The notes: generated by a model not told the origin, from the letters alone. A stretch of 64,000 bases of DNA from the human T2T-CHM13v2.0 reference genome, Homo sapiens (GCF_009914755.1 NC_060928.1), one strand, 5' to 3'; numbered from the stretch's first letter, positions 28,265-42,788 are shown. Numbers and translations are program-made.

Positions 28265-28268
<4 letters not shown>

Positions 28269-29246
28269 GTGCATGTATGTGCACCTGATGCCCTCCCCAA
28301 CCATTCCATGGCCCACCTTGCCACCTTGCCATCTTATTATAATATCCCGATGTCCTGAATGGACACTTTCCATCCACCATGAATGCAATAGAACCTGGAA
28401 TGTAATGGCTTACGAGAATCAGCAACACAAAGGGAGAAACAGAAGTTCAGTTCCCTTTGTTCTGATAGAAACTTACTGTTTGCATCCACCAAGAAACACA
28501 ACCAAAGAACAGCCATGAATATCATCCCATGAGAGAGCACATGGCTGTGTCAGACCCTGCCCTGAGCCCCCCTTCTCAGTCTGACCTTGGACTCTGCTGG
28601 AGGTCCCTGCTGGACGTGGACACAGGGCCAGGGAATGGTAGGGTCCTCAGTTGCATTGCATCCTTGTCGTTGTACAGATGGGGAAACTGAGGCTAACAAA
28701 GAGAAGAAGTCTCTCCTACTGACCCATGGCTAGGAAACAGCAGGGCTAGAAGTGAGTCCCAGGTAAACTGAGGCTGGGATACTCCAGCTGCACACTCACA
28801 CAGCTACCATGTAAGCTGGTGGTTGGGGCCTGGGCCTGGCAGTCAGGCCACTCCACCTACTCGCTCATGCAAGTCACCTTCCATCTCTGTCTTCTTTGGC
28901 ACTGTCCTGAGCCTTAAATGAGCTCACACAGGTCAAGTTCTTAGCCAAGTATAACACAAAATCAATGAACAATATGTCTTAGACATGATTATTGCCACAT
29001 CTTTCACCATAGACGGTAACTGCTTAGGCACAGACTGTGACTTGGTTGTCTTTGATTCAACACAAACCAGTGTCACCTCTGGATCAGAGCCCTCCCGCGT
29101 ATGAACTGCTCTTGCTGTGTGGTGGGAAATTATCTCCCACTCATCTTCAGGTGAGTCCATTTTCACCTTCTGTGGGATAGACTGCAGACAGTCGGCTACA
29201 TTTAAATCGGGCCAAAAGAAAGGCAGCAGACACATATCCCCAGTCA

Positions 29247-29453
<207 letters not shown>

Positions 29454-29778
29454 TCAGGTGAGGAGGTGATGGTGTGACCGGAGGACCTGAGTTCCCACCC
29501 CAGCTCCTCCTCCATCCATCTGTGTGACCTTGGACAGGTCACTTGATGTCCCCAAGCCCCAGCTTCAGCATCTATAACATGGGAACAATGATAACCCTTC
29601 GGTCACTCCATCTGCTTATTTTATAGCCATGATGAAATCAGATGAAGCCTGTGATGAGTTTGACATAGTCCTGGCATACAGGAAGTGGTAAATAAATCAA
29701 TAACTCACATTGATTGAGGGCTTAGTTGGCATCAGGCAATATGAGCAATTTTCACAGCTTTATCACATTTATAAAAGT

Positions 29779-30088
29779 TCATCATTCTCAGCAAACTGAC
29801 ACAAGAACCGAAAACCAAACCCCACATGTCTCACTCATAAGTGGGAGTTGAACAATGAGAACACATGGACACAGGGAGGGGAACATCACATGCTGGGGCC
29901 TGTTTTGGGGGGTGGGGGGCTGGAGGAGGGATAGCATTAGGAGAAACACCTAATGTAGATGATGGGTTGATGGGTGCAGCCAACCACCATGGCACATGTA
30001 TACCTATGTAACAAACCTGCACGTTCTGCACATGTATCCCAGAACTTAAAGTATATATATACATATATATATATATATGTATATATAT
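29779..30088 (+). mobile_element. L1PA 3' fragment ending in a (TA)n tail (intron 9)
   Basis: catcattctcagcaaact...gtgggagttgaacaatgagaacacatggacacaggg...cagaacttaaagtata. Confidence 0.92.
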
Positions 30089-32377
30089 GAATGTTTCCTC
30101 ATATACATTTTAAAGGCTTCTATATTTTGCTTAAAAGAAGTTATCTTAGTTCTGATATTATTACATAAAGGACCTTATTTGTACCCCTGCCATCTTGCAA
30201 GGTGTGAGATGCGTTAATTCATTTCATGGAATATGTCTGGAGAAGCTGTCACTCATCCGGGGGGTGGGTGGCTTGGTGCTGGTTGGGATTGCTCCTGCTC
30301 TAGCAGACTGGACAGCTGAGCATTAGAACACAGTGTCACCAGTTCTGAATCTGTGGGGGTGCCAGGGCTGCCCCAGGAGAGGCCACCTGACTTGAAGGGA
30401 AGGTAAGAGCCTGCGTTCATCTCTGTAGGCTGAGCCAGAGTCAGCCCAGTGGGAAAGGAAAGGAAAGAGGTTCCAGTAGGGGGTTCAGCATACACAAGGG
30501 CATAGAATCCTAAGAGGGCACCATCGGCGGGGGGGTAAGCTGCAAACAGTCTGGAGTGGAGGGCGAGGGGTACAGAGGGCAGACAGAGGAATGGGGAACT
30601 CCCTCCTTCCCCTTGTTCTATGTCCAAATCCATTAGCTTTAGGGGTTGAGAGGAGCTTCATGGACTCTTGTACACTGTATGGCTTGCTTCTGTACCAAGT
30701 CACTCACTCACTCACTAATTCAGCTGATTGATCCGAGCTGCCCCTGGGTGCCAGGCACTGGGATGGGAGGTGGAAATGCAGATATGGTTCATGCCAGGCC
30801 CTTGCCCTACACAACTCACTCACTGTCTATTTGGAGAGAGACATGTGCCAACAGTGAAAGTCAATGGTATGTGATAAGTGATCTCACAGGGTTCCCCCTT
30901 GGGGCTTATGGGAACACAGGAGAGAGCACCTCACCCAGACTTGGAAGCAAGGGGAGGCTTCCTGCAGGAAGAGGTGTCCAGGAATGTCCAAGGCCTCCTG
31001 AGTCCAGAAAGCAAGGAGAAGCTAGCCAAGCACAGAAGAGCCCTAGGAGAGGAAACTGCCAGGTTCCTTGAGGAGCTGCCGGGGGCAGGGTGTGGGGCAC
31101 TGGAGGAGACAAGGGTGGCCAAGCCAAGAACAGCTCTGAAACCTTGTGAAATGAGGCTTAGATGGGGTTTGTGGGCTTCAGGCTTTCCTTTTAAACTTCG
31201 GACACAAGTTTCAGAAAGACAATGGCCTGGAACATCGCCTAACTGGCTTCCTGAGAACTTTGAAGGACTGTAAAGATGCTGGAGCTTGGGACAGCTTGGG
31301 CCTGGCTGTCAGGAAGGAACTGCATCTGCCAGCACATTGTCCCTGAAGGCAATGCTTCCACCTCCTGCCGGTCAGCGTGCTTGCCAGCCCCACCTCTTCA
31401 AAGGGCACCCATCAGCCACCACCATGCTAACAGTGCCTTCTTCTAGAAACATTTGGGCCACTAAGACATTTGACAGGTGATCAAAATGTGCACCTATCAA
31501 TTTCCAGATGCATTTTTGAAAAATGCAAAGATTAATCAATTGCTGCAACCTTGCTTCACGCTTCCCATGGCACCAAGATGAGTTGGAGGTACTGAGGCAG
31601 TGTTCAGTTAATGCAAGCTGCCCTGAGCCATGCAGGGGGCAGAAGCCCAGGATCCGGGGATCTAATTGCCACCTTTTGGTGGTGTAACCTTGGGAAGCTT
31701 ATTTATTTATATTTATCCCTCAGTTTCCTTATCTCCATAAAACAAAAAAATACTGATGTTGTAAGGATGAAGTACATCGCCACCCCTCCTCCTTCATGGA
31801 CATCCACTGAGTGCTTGTTCCAAGTGCTTTCAGTGCATTTTCTCATTTCATCCCACAACACCCCTGGATGAAGGGACGACTGTTTCATTTTAGAGATGAG
31901 GCCCGGAGAGGAGCTGACTTGCTAAAGTTTCATTACAAGTAAGGAAAAGCCAGGGTCCACACAGGCTGTCTGGCTCCAGAGCCACTGTTCCTAAAATTGT
32001 GACAACTAGGGAAGTGGCTGATATGCAGCACCTGGCACTCATGCTGGGAGGTGACAGCTGGAAGGAGCACCTTAAGGTTGTCTAGTGCAAGCTCTTCTAT
32101 TCCATAGATGGGTGAACTGAGGCTCAGAGATGGAAAGTGTCTTGCCCAAGATCACACGGCTCATCAGTGAGAGTGACAGGACCAGAAGTCAGGTCTCTCA
32201 TCTCCCAGTCCAAGGACCCCTCACCAAACCCTCTTCACTGAGACCCTCAGCAGCTCCAGAGATGAGATGTCCCCGGGGAGAGCTTTATCACAAGTGTTTT
32301 CTGTAGAAGTATGAACCCACAAATCAAAGGCCCCAAAACGATGAAGCCAGAAGTCAGCTCCATGCTTATCTCCCTCA

Positions 32378-32503
<126 letters not shown>

Positions 32504-35319
32504 CTAGTCCAGGGTAAAAGAGAGAGAGAGAGCTATTATTCCATTTCTAACCACAACAGGGGAATGTGGCACTGGGAACCGGCAATGGCATCATGATTAA
32601 AAACCGGCTTTGACCCTGAGACAGTTGGGCCACCTTCTTTATGGCCACAGCCCTGAAGCAATGCTCTTTATGAGAAAGGAAAAAGCGAGGGAGAGAAAGT
32701 CACAATTCTTGAGCACCTACAGCATTAATAACGAGCACTCTCCTCCGAATCTTCCTTGCTATGGTGGACTCCTCCAACAGGGAGTCTGGGAGAAGGAACT
32801 GGATGGATATGGTCACCACAGCCCTTCTCCTCCTTCAGAGGCAACCTGCATGGAAGGTGACTCCTCTGTGTCTCCATGTTGTGGGTTTCATAGGGGTAGG
32901 CATCCACAGCGGGGCACAGGGGTGGGAGTAGGCAGAGAAGCCCATGTCGTTTTCCAGTCTGCCTGTGTCTGGGGAAGTCAATTTCATTGTGGGATGTGAT
33001 GTGGGGAGTCCCTGGGGAAGTCCCTAAAGCTGTGTCCTCGAAGCCAGCTTCCCTCGGCCTAGGACTGTCACTGACCTCCATCTGGCTGGCCCCTGTGCCC
33101 CTTGTCCACTTGGTCAGGAAACAGCTCCTCAACTGCCAATGACTGAAAGAGTAATTGTAGCCGAATGTCAGAGACAGGAAAACCTGGGTTTATATTCCGG
33201 CTTTACTATTTTCCAGATGCACGAACTTTGGCATGTCACTTCACTTCCCAAAGCCCCAGGGCCTTTATCTGTGACAAGAGAATCAAAATATCCTTCCACA
33301 AGAGTGTCTGGAGTGGAAGGGTGTGTTAAATAAGAGACTGCACTCAACACACAGGTTAGGTACTCGGATTATGTGAGGTATCCTCCTCTCATGCTCCATA
33401 TCACAAAAAGAGAACACGGAGGGTCAGAGAGGTGAGATAACAGCAGACATCACAGAGCAAGTAGGTGAGAGAGGGCCAGAAATTGAGCCCAGAATGAATC
33501 AGAATCCATGGCTTTTCTCAATGAGGCAATCAGGCGAGGCTTCCTGGAGGAGGCAGGAGCAGACAGAGATGTGGAGAGCTTGTCAGGCAGAGGGATTAGT
33601 GGGGGAAAAGGTTTTGGGGCTGGATGGTCCCCATCACGACAGTCATTTGGCTTGGACAAGGGGAAGCAGTGACGCTGCTGAGGGCCATGAAGCCAGAGCA
33701 CACATGGCTCCTGCCTGCCAGCTTCAGGTGACAGTGCGAAGGTCACAGCACTGAGACGAACAGTTGCAATCCTTCCCCAAAGCCTCAGGGTTTCTCCACA
33801 ATGGAACCCAGCTGCAGGGACCCCAGTGCCCTCTACCTGTTCCTCTTTCCTCATACCCTGCTCCTTAGAGGGAGGCAGGTGAGAAGCCGTCTAGGCAATG
33901 GGCGTTCTCCCCCAAGCTTAGCATGGGCTGTTGTTCTGCTGGGCAGAGCCGGCACTGAGGGGTGAGTGACAGCTGCCTGTCCGAAGGGCATAGCCCTGTG
34001 GGTCAGCTGAGCACCCCGGCCATGTAGTGCTGCCTGGGGCCATGGACCTCTCAGTCACCTGGGCATGAATGTTGAGGGGAACGGAGGGTGCTGGCCCCGA
34101 AAGTCAGAGGCCTGGGAGGAAAATGTGCCTGGCTGATGACCACATGTCTCTAAAAGCATCCAAGACTTCTGGTCAGAAATGCCTTTCTCCTGGGTGCTTA
34201 GGGAAGAAGGGCAGACTCAAGCCTTTAAACTTGGCCTCCTAGAAACCTGGCCCAGTGGAACAGAGCACAGGTGACATCCAGGGGCACAAAAGCCTGAAGA
34301 TGGGCCATCTGAGCTGAATTCCTGGCTTTGCCACTTAGCCTTCTTTGCACCCAGGACAGGTTATTCAGCTTTTCCAAGTCTCAGTTTCCCCACCTGGAAA
34401 ATGAGAATGATAATACCATTTTTGCAGGGTAGCTGTGAGATAAAGCGAAAGAACTCACAATGCCTGAAATAGACTCATGAACAAAAGAGGTTGCCAATAA
34501 ATGGCAGGAAATATATTATTCATTTTAACTAAGGAGTGCCCTGGGGATCTGGTCCCAACTCTTACCCGTAGCTGGCTGTGTGGCCTTGAACAAGTTAATT
34601 AACCCTTCCATGTCTTAATTTCTCATCTTTTCTGATGATAATGGAGTTAGTCTAGATACCAATAGCTAATGATCATTTACTGAGCACCTACTATGTGCCA
34701 AGCACTGTATTAAGCACTTTTCATGCAGCAACTCATTTAATCCTGACAATAATTTTGAGTAGGTTCTATTATTTGCTCCATTTTACAGGTAAAAGAACAG
34801 AGGCACAGAGTCTTTGGAAACTTGTCCAGGGTCACATGGCTGGTAAGTGGCAAAGCTGGGATCACCTACAAAATCTTTTCTGTTGTTGTGACATTACATT
34901 TTCTTGACATTAAACTAGAAACAGTCAATGCCACCACTTGGTAACAGCCCAGTGTCTCACCTGGTCCAGCTCCCGGACCCGAACAAGGGCACTGATCACT
35001 TTTCTGCCCCCCCACCCCCTCCCCCCTCCGCATTCCTGGCTCTCTGATTCTCTTTCTTCACTTGAAGGCTAGGAGCCTTCATCTTTGCTTTCCCAGAGCC
35101 TGGAAGAATACCTGACAGGTGTGGCGTAAGTGTTTGCTGAGGGAGGGAAGGTCTGTCTTTATAACGCAGGCAGAATGATTCTCATTTGCAGGGGGAGGGC
35201 GGGGAGGGCAGTGAGGTTCAAGAATACTGAGGGACAGTAACTTCACTTGGTGGGAAGTGGGGAGGGAAGTCAGGCCCAGTGAGAGTCAGGAGGGAAGCAA
35301 TGACCAACAGCTTCTGAGA

Positions 35320-35408
35320 AAGAGAGATAGGGGGAGGCAGAGACGGACGGAGGGAGAGAATGAGGGAGGGAGGGAGGGAGTGAGGGAGGGAGGGAGACAC
35401 AGAGAAAC
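35320..35408. repeat. Polypurine (GGGA/GA)n low-complexity tract
   Basis: Direct read. Confidence 0.75.
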
Positions 35409-36664
35409 CTGCATTTAAAGCATCCCTTCCTCTTAGGCCCTCATGAGCTGGGTTTCATCAAAGAGGAGACACTGATGGGGCTGCTGTGCCAGGTCCAGTG
35501 CAACATGGGCAAGGGAGCTGGGTCCTAGTGCCAGGAGGGACCCCCGCAAAGGTAATAGGAGAAAAGGCCCAGAGATATCAGGGGCTTAGAGAGATTATGA
35601 AATTATGGGCCCAGAGAGATTATGCTTATCTCTGTGTAACTCATACTAATTTCAGTGTAACAATGCAACACATGTTAATCTCAGCGCAACACATGTTAAT
35701 CTTGGCGTAGCACTCTCAGTGATCTGGGCCCAGGATCAGAGGCCAAGAGTGATTATGGGATTTACCAAAAGTCACCCAGGGCTAACTATTCAGAGAGAAG
35801 GAAGTGGGATAGATGCTGTTTTACACCAAGGGGCAGTTGCAAACGTCCACACCCTTGGACTCAGTCACTCACCTTCTGGGCATTGATCCTAAGGAAATAG
35901 ATGTTTGGTCAAAGATGCATGGACAACGATCTTTGTTGGTGTGTTATTTATACTACTGGGGAAATAGAAATAATCTAGAAATCCACCAACAATTAGTTAA
36001 ATAAATGCTGGAATATCTAGATGGTAAATATGTAGAAATTAACATAGTTTAAAGAATTGTAAAATGGTACAGAAAAATTCTCAGGGTACAATCTTAGGCG
36101 AAAAGAGTAGGACATAAATCTGTATATACTAAAACATGTAGTTATATAATATCAATTACAATTATGTTAAGCTAATACACCCTGGAAAAATATATGCAGA
36201 AATAGTTTATAATGGCTAACTCTGGTTGGGGGAATATGTGATTATTATTTTATTTGTCTGTCAGTTTTCCTGATTTTCTCCGGAGAGTTTTGACTTAAAA
36301 ACACCAAAAAGTAGATTTAGTTGAAGTGTTGGATGCAAATCTCTGTCCCCTGTATTATGTCTTTATTCTTTCCAAATCACCAAATATTTCCAATACCCAT
36401 ACTGGCAATTTTTCATAACTGTGTAAAATATGGTTTTGGTACAATCTAAAGATGTCACAGCTTTTCTTGTGGCTAACAGGACAGAGCCAAAAGTTAAGCT
36501 GTTGCTGAAAATGAAGGTTGTTCATAACTGGAATATGCAGGAACTCTGTCTCCTAAGCTTCTTAGGGGAGTTGGATTAGAGTATCCAGTGACCTGGTGCT
36601 GAAATGACAACAGAATGTGCCATGGAAGAGCATCACAGTTGCTGGGAGATATTATTACACTGCA

Positions 36665-36795
36665 ATCAGCATGTGTTACATTGTCATAGGGAGATCAGCA
36701 CATGTTACATTGTTATAATGAGATTAATATGTGTTATATTGTTACACTAAGCTTATCATGTGTTACATTGTTTTACGGAAATTAACATATATGTT
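36665..36795. repeat. Degenerate 29-bp tandem repeat, ~4.5 units
   Basis: Units start at 36665, 36694, 36723, 36752, 36781; core atgtgttacattgtt. Confidence 0.8.
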
Positions 36796-37464
36796 TACTG
36801 ATTTCAGTATTTTGAAGTTTTTAAAAAAGAGTTTCAAGTGCACCACCCACAATTTCAGAGTCAGAAAGTGTGCTTACAAAAGTCAGTTGAGAACCATTAT
36901 CCTACACCATGATGCTGACGTTCAAATGCTTTGGAAAGGGTGGGGTGAGGGACATGTGGCTTTTTGTTTCGTTTCCCTAAAGTCTCTTGATGAACCAGTA
37001 ACTTGAGCCAATGAAAGGCTGAACACATTCTCCCTGATTCAGAAATGATCTTTAAAGATGGTCTAGGAAGACACCAGGGAAACAGCTTTGAAAGAGAAAG
37101 AAGGGGTAAAAACAACCCTCCCATCTGACAATCAGTCTCCCGGCTCTGTTCTTCTTCCCTCCCTCCTTTAAGTCCAGTTAAAGTGCAGCCTGTTGGAAGG
37201 GATTAGAGCGAACGTGGTATTTCCACTTGACATTAAAATCATGAGTGAAGACATTAACTCAGACGAACAGCAGACTGAAGGCTACTGATGTCAGCTAGGG
37301 ATGACTGTCAAAATCCTAATGCTCCCAGGAAACCCCTCTGGGGACTCTGGAGCCATGGGGTCACCCATCCACTCAGCAGCCATTCACCCAGCACCCAGTG
37401 CCCTTCCCCACAGGGCTGGGACCTCTGGTGAAATAATAATGGGAACCTTTTGTTCTGGTTAGGA

Positions 37465-38725
37465 TTTTAAGAAGCAGCTTTATAAAGGTGTAGTTTTCAT
37501 TCAGTCTAAGGTACCCATTTGAATTGCACAGTCTTGTATATTTTGACAAATGTATATACCTTATAACCACAACTACAATTAGGATATTGAACATTTCCAT
37601 CACTTCCCAGAATTATCTTGTGTCTCTTCCCCCAACTCCAGGCAACCTCCGATCTGCTTTCCAGCACAAGGATTCGATTTATCATTTCATATTGCTTATT
37701 GCAGTGTTTTTGAGATTCATCCTTCTTGTAGTACATATCAACAGTTCTTTTGTATTGCTGATCAGTATTCCATTGCATGGATATACCAAAATTTGTTTCT
37801 CCATTCACCTGTTGACCCAATAGCTGTTTCCAATTTTCAGCTCTGAGAAATAAAACCATTATGATTATTGAGTCTTCATGTAGACTTGTGCATTGATTTC
37901 TCTTGGGTAAATATGTATAAGTGGAATGACTGAGTTGGATGGGTAAAACCTTTATAAGAAACTGCTAAAATGTTATCTGAAGGGGTTGTGCCATTTTATG
38001 TTCCCACCAGCAGTGGATGAGCCTTCCTGTTACTCCACATCCTTGGCAACACGTGGTATTATATCAACCATTTAAATTTTTGTCACCATTTTGGTGAACA
38101 ATGGTATCTCACTGTTGGTTTTAGTTTTAATTTCCCTGGTGACAGTAACAATGTTGAAGATCTTTTCATGTGATTTTTGATGTTTTGGAACTCTTCTTTG
38201 GTAAAGCATGTGTTCATATATTTTGCTCATTTTCAAGTGGGCAGTTGGTCTTATTTTTGAGTTTTAAGAGTTCTTTATGTATTCTGAATTCACGTCCCCT
38301 CTCAAATGTGTTTTATAGGTATGTTCTCCATGTCTGTGACTTACCTTTTTATCTCCTTAACAATACCTTTTAAACAGTCACAGTTTTTAATTTTGATGAA
38401 ATCCAATGTATCATTTGAAAAATGGTTTGTGATTCTGTATCTTTCCTATCCTAATGTTGCAAAACTTTCTCCTTTGCTTCTAGAAGTTTTAGAGTTTAGC
38501 TTTTATGTCTAGATACGTGGTCCATTTTGAGTTAATTTTTTGTATGGTATAATAAGGGTTGCCATTCACATTTTTCCATGTGGATATCTACTTTTTATGA
38601 CACTACTTGTTGAAAAGACTATCCTTTCCTCATTGAATTACTTCAGCAACTTTTTGTTTTCTGGATTCCATTCTGTTCCATTGATCTGTGGGGCTGCCCT
38701 TATGCCAATCTCATGCTGTCTTTAT
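37465..38725 (-). mobile_element. Old L1M (L1MC/ME-like) 3' region
   Basis: gaacatttccatcac...agtattccattgcatggatatacc...cccaccagcagtggatgag...tttttccatgtggatatc...ttgttgaaaagact. Confidence 0.82.
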
Positions 38726-39149
38726 TCCCATGTTTGAACATTGTTACAATCCTTGCTATGTACCAGGAATGGTTCCGGCTGCTTTATATATATTAATAAC
38801 TTAACTCTGATTACATTTTCTTGGGGTAGGTGCTGTTATCATCCACTATTATATCCAGAACTTGAGGCTCAGAGAGGTTTAGCAACCTGGCTAAGGTTGC
38901 ACAGTGAGTCAGAATTCAAGTCTAGGCACTCCGGCTCCAGAGTCTTGCTCTTAACCTTTGTGTTCTACTTCCTCTCCCCAGTGTTTCTGAGGCAAATACA
39001 CATTCACATTTATCAAAAGAATATGCACATGCTCCCAAAGTTTTTCTCCCTTCATTTGTGTGAGCTGCCTGAGGTCACTGAGAGCCTCCAACAGCACTGG
39101 CACTGGGGCACAGAGAAGACAGAGCCAGGAGTCTCTGCCCTTGGGGAGC

Positions 39150-39982
39150 TTTATGGGCTGAATTGCATTCTCTCAAAAAAGGAAATATTGGAATCCTAAT
39201 CTCCTATTCCCTAGAATGTGACCTTGTTTGGGAATAGGGTCTTTATTTTTAGGTGATTCAGTTAAAAAAATGTGACCTTGTTTGGGAATAGGGTCTTTAT
39301 TTTTAGGTGATTCAGTTAAAATGACATCATTTGGATGGGCCTCAATCCATGATGACTGGTGTCCTTGAGCCAATGGAAAAGGGAAAGTGTGGACACGGAG
39401 ACAGACACGCACACAGGCCTGTAATCCCAGCACTTTGGGAGGCCAAAATGGGTGGATTACTTGAGGTCAGGAGTTCGAGACCAGCCTGGCCAACATGATG
39501 AAACCCTGTCTCTACTAAAAAAAATACAAAAAGTAGCCAGGTGTGGTGGTGCATGCCTGTAATCGCAGCTACACGGGAGGCTGAGGCAGGAGGGAGGTTG
39601 AATCGCTGGAACTGGGATGCAAAGGTTGCAGTGAGCTGAGATTGTGCTACTGCATTCCAGCCTGGGTGACAGAGTGAGACATTCCACCTCAGAAAAACCA
39701 AAAACAAAAAAAGACATACACAGACAGAATGTCATCTGAAGATGAGGCAGGGGTTGGGATGATGCTTCTGCCAACTAAGAAACACCCAAGATCACCTGTA
39801 AGTTCCTGGAAGCTGGGAGAGAGGCACGGGACATTCTCCCTCACAGCCCTCAGGAGAAGTGAGCACTGCTGATGCTTTGCTCTCAGGCTTCTGGCCTTGA
39901 GAACTGTGATACAATAAATTCCTGTTGTTTAAGCCACGTAGTTTGTGGCACATTGTTTTGGCAGCCTGGGCAAACCAACACA
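39150..39982 (+). mobile_element. MLT1B/C-like LTR interrupted by an Alu and carrying a 54-bp tandem duplication
   Basis: ttatgggctgaattg...gaatgtgacctt...aataaattcctgttgtttaagccac...aaccaacaca; ggagc at both flanks. Confidence 0.88.
39417..39712 (+). mobile_element. AluS-like SINE, slightly 5' truncated, nested in MLT1
   Basis: gcctgtaatcccagcactttgggaggcc...aggagttcgagaccagcctggccaacatg. Confidence 0.93.
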
Positions 39983-42414
39983 AGGAGCTAACACCTGATG
40001 GAGGGCAGGGCTTGTAATGTTGCCTGCTAAATGATTGAATGTATGTAAAAAAAAGAAGGAAGGTAGTCTCCAAATATGTACAACTATTATATGACAATAA
40101 ACAACATTTTAAAAAGGAAGAGCTGGAGGGCAAGAAAATATCGCCTAAAATTTAATTTATTTCAAATTTATCTCAATTAAAGCGTCCAAATTTGATGTAA
40201 TGTGCTTTCATATTATTTCACATACATTACTTTATATACACTTTATTTATTGCTCATTGTCTATATTGTATTCAATGTGTATATCTCTCTATATAAACTG
40301 CATGCGGTACTCCGTGCATGGCAGGAGTTCCTGACTTTCTCAGGGACTACAGCGTCCTACATGAGTTCTTCCCTGTGCCAGGGTGAGCCTTTTGGTCGTA
40401 GAAGATGCCCCATTCTCTGTGTCCAACTCCAGGCCGGGGCCTTTTTAAATTCTTCTGATTTACATAATCCCCATCCTTGCCCGGCTTGATGCTTCTGGGT
40501 CTGTGGGCCGTGTGGACTGATTGTGCGCAGGGGCCCTAGAAGCCTACCAGGAGGAAGCCCTGTTGGTTGGGCTCTGCCTCCCTCAGGACGTCCTGTCTGA
40601 CTGCTCCCTGCAGGGATCCCAGCCAAAGGCAAGAGCTCCCTCTTTAGTCAGCTGGTGTGATTTCCTCAACAGGCTTTACTAGAGCCGTACTCCGTTGAGC
40701 AACCATTAATGGTATTGAATGCATGACAACTACTATGGCCATTTCTTTAAACATGATGCATGACACACACTCTCTCTCTCCCTCCCTCCCCCTCTCTCTC
40801 TCTCTTTCTCTCTTTCAAATTTACATTTTAAAGCAACTCTATGAGGTTTCCCCTAATAACTCAGCCAAAGCGGTGCAGACAACTGAGACTCTTTCAGAGA
40901 GAAATGTAAATGCTGGGGCAAGATGTGGCCCAGATGAGGGCCACCCCGCAGGCATCCCAAACAGCTGTTTCCTAATCCTGACATGTTGGAATGGAGGAGT
41001 ACCTGAGGAACCCTTGGCACATGAGCAATTGGTGACTTTCTAGTCAGAAGTTGGATTATTGTCAAAGTTTTAGCTGCAAAAGGATGGGAGAAAGGAGCAG
41101 AGAATGGTGTGATTATCACTGACGCAGCTCCCTCTGCAGAGAACAGAAGGCCAAGGTACATTACATGAAAAGCAATTTCACATTCCAGTATTACTTTTAG
41201 CTGCTGGTAATCCTGTTTTAAACATGCAAAGGCTAATCTTTACTTTCACAGATCTCTCTAAAAAGAAGCCAAGACCTTGGAAAGCTGTGGTTATTGCAAG
41301 TTAGTGAAATTTTAAAATTTATGTTCAGAGGACAGAGTGCCAGAAACAATTTTCTGCTTGGGACAGGCTCTCTCTAAGTTAAAAACGGAATATAATTCAA
41401 TGAAACAAACTTTTTTGGGAATTTCTGCTTAAAAGATGAATGTGCATAAAAGGTATCGGTGTATCTGTTTGGGCCAAAGGTGTGAGAAATGAGAGTTGTG
41501 TTTTAAATAATGATCATCCCAGGGTGGCCCATGATCTCTAAGTATAACAAATTAAAATGTCTTGAGATATTTCAGCCAAAGTGCAAAACAGACATGGGTT
41601 TTCCTTCCATCCCATGCCAACTGGGATGGAAGGAAAGGCTGGCAGCAGACAGGCTTTTCCAAGTTCTCCAGTCCTGTGGACGTCTCCTCCACTTGGGTCA
41701 CTTTACAAGCTTGGCTTGAGGCCGTAGCTTTTGCAGTTTCTAAGTGAAGCACTCCCCCTCATGCTCTTACTCTTCTCAAAAAAGGCAAAATGTGGTTCTC
41801 AACAGGTTTGTGAGGATACATTCATATTGTTCTTGGAAATTTGGGCAAGTAGAAAAAAAAATAGCTCTTCAAGGAGCAGAGAAAGAGACACTGGATGTCC
41901 AGATGACTTAGGAGTCAGGGCTTCCATAGCAGGAGCATCGAGTTGGCAGAGGGCAGTGGGCAGTGGGAACAGCCGCCACTTAGAACTGACACAAGGGGAT
42001 GGTAAATGCTGTCTCCACCCTGCATCCCATGAGCCACATCCGCACTTTCCTTTGGTGAGTGAAGCTGGTGGGGCCGGACACAGGGGAGCCAAAGGATGTT
42101 ATCAGAGGGATGGGGAGTAAATCAGGAAAATTTGGTGGGAAGTAAAGACTCAGGAGCACATCCCAAGAGTCAGAGGGTGAGCTGCAGGAACGGACTTGTG
42201 GGTATGTCCTTGGCCAAACTCAAAAATAGAGCTACTTACTTAAAAGATATTATTCAGAGCTTGGGGTGGGTGGGAGTGGAAACTGCAGGGGAATGTGCTT
42301 CCAGGGCAAAACCCCACCTTTTCTGCTTGGGGATGCTGGGGCACTGACTCTGTTTCTTCCCTTCCTCATCCCCACCCAGTCCTCACCCCATGAGGATGAC
42401 CTGTCATAACCAGA

Positions 42415-42788
42415 AGTATTAGTTCATTCTCATGCTGCTATAAAGAACTGCCGAAGACTGGGTAGTTTACAAAGGAAAGAGGTTTAATTGACAAAGTTCC
42501 ACAGGGCTGGGGAGGCCTCAGGAAACTTACAATCATGGTGGAAGGGGAAGCAAACTCATCCTTCTTCATGTGGTGGCAGGAAGGAGAATGAGTGTCCAGT
42601 GAAGGGGGAAGTCCCTTATAAAACCATCAGCTCTCATGAGAACTCACTCACTATCATGAGAACAGCATGAGGGTAACTGCTCCTATGATTCAATTACCTC
42701 CCACCGGTCCCTCCCATGACACATGGGGACTGTGGGAACTATAATTCAAGGTGAGATTTGGGTGGGGACACAGAGCCAAACCATATCA
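42415..42788 (-). mobile_element. THE1 (C/D-like) MaLR solo LTR
   Basis: gtattagttcattctcatgctgctataaagaactg...ggaaacttacaatcatggtggaagg...gggtggggacacagagccaaaccatatca. Confidence 0.9.

Noticed and set aside
28097-28518. HT/CV dipeptide-repeat ORFs (also 21028-21423 and 55076-55333)
   Set aside because: Translations of (TG)n/(AG)n microsatellites.
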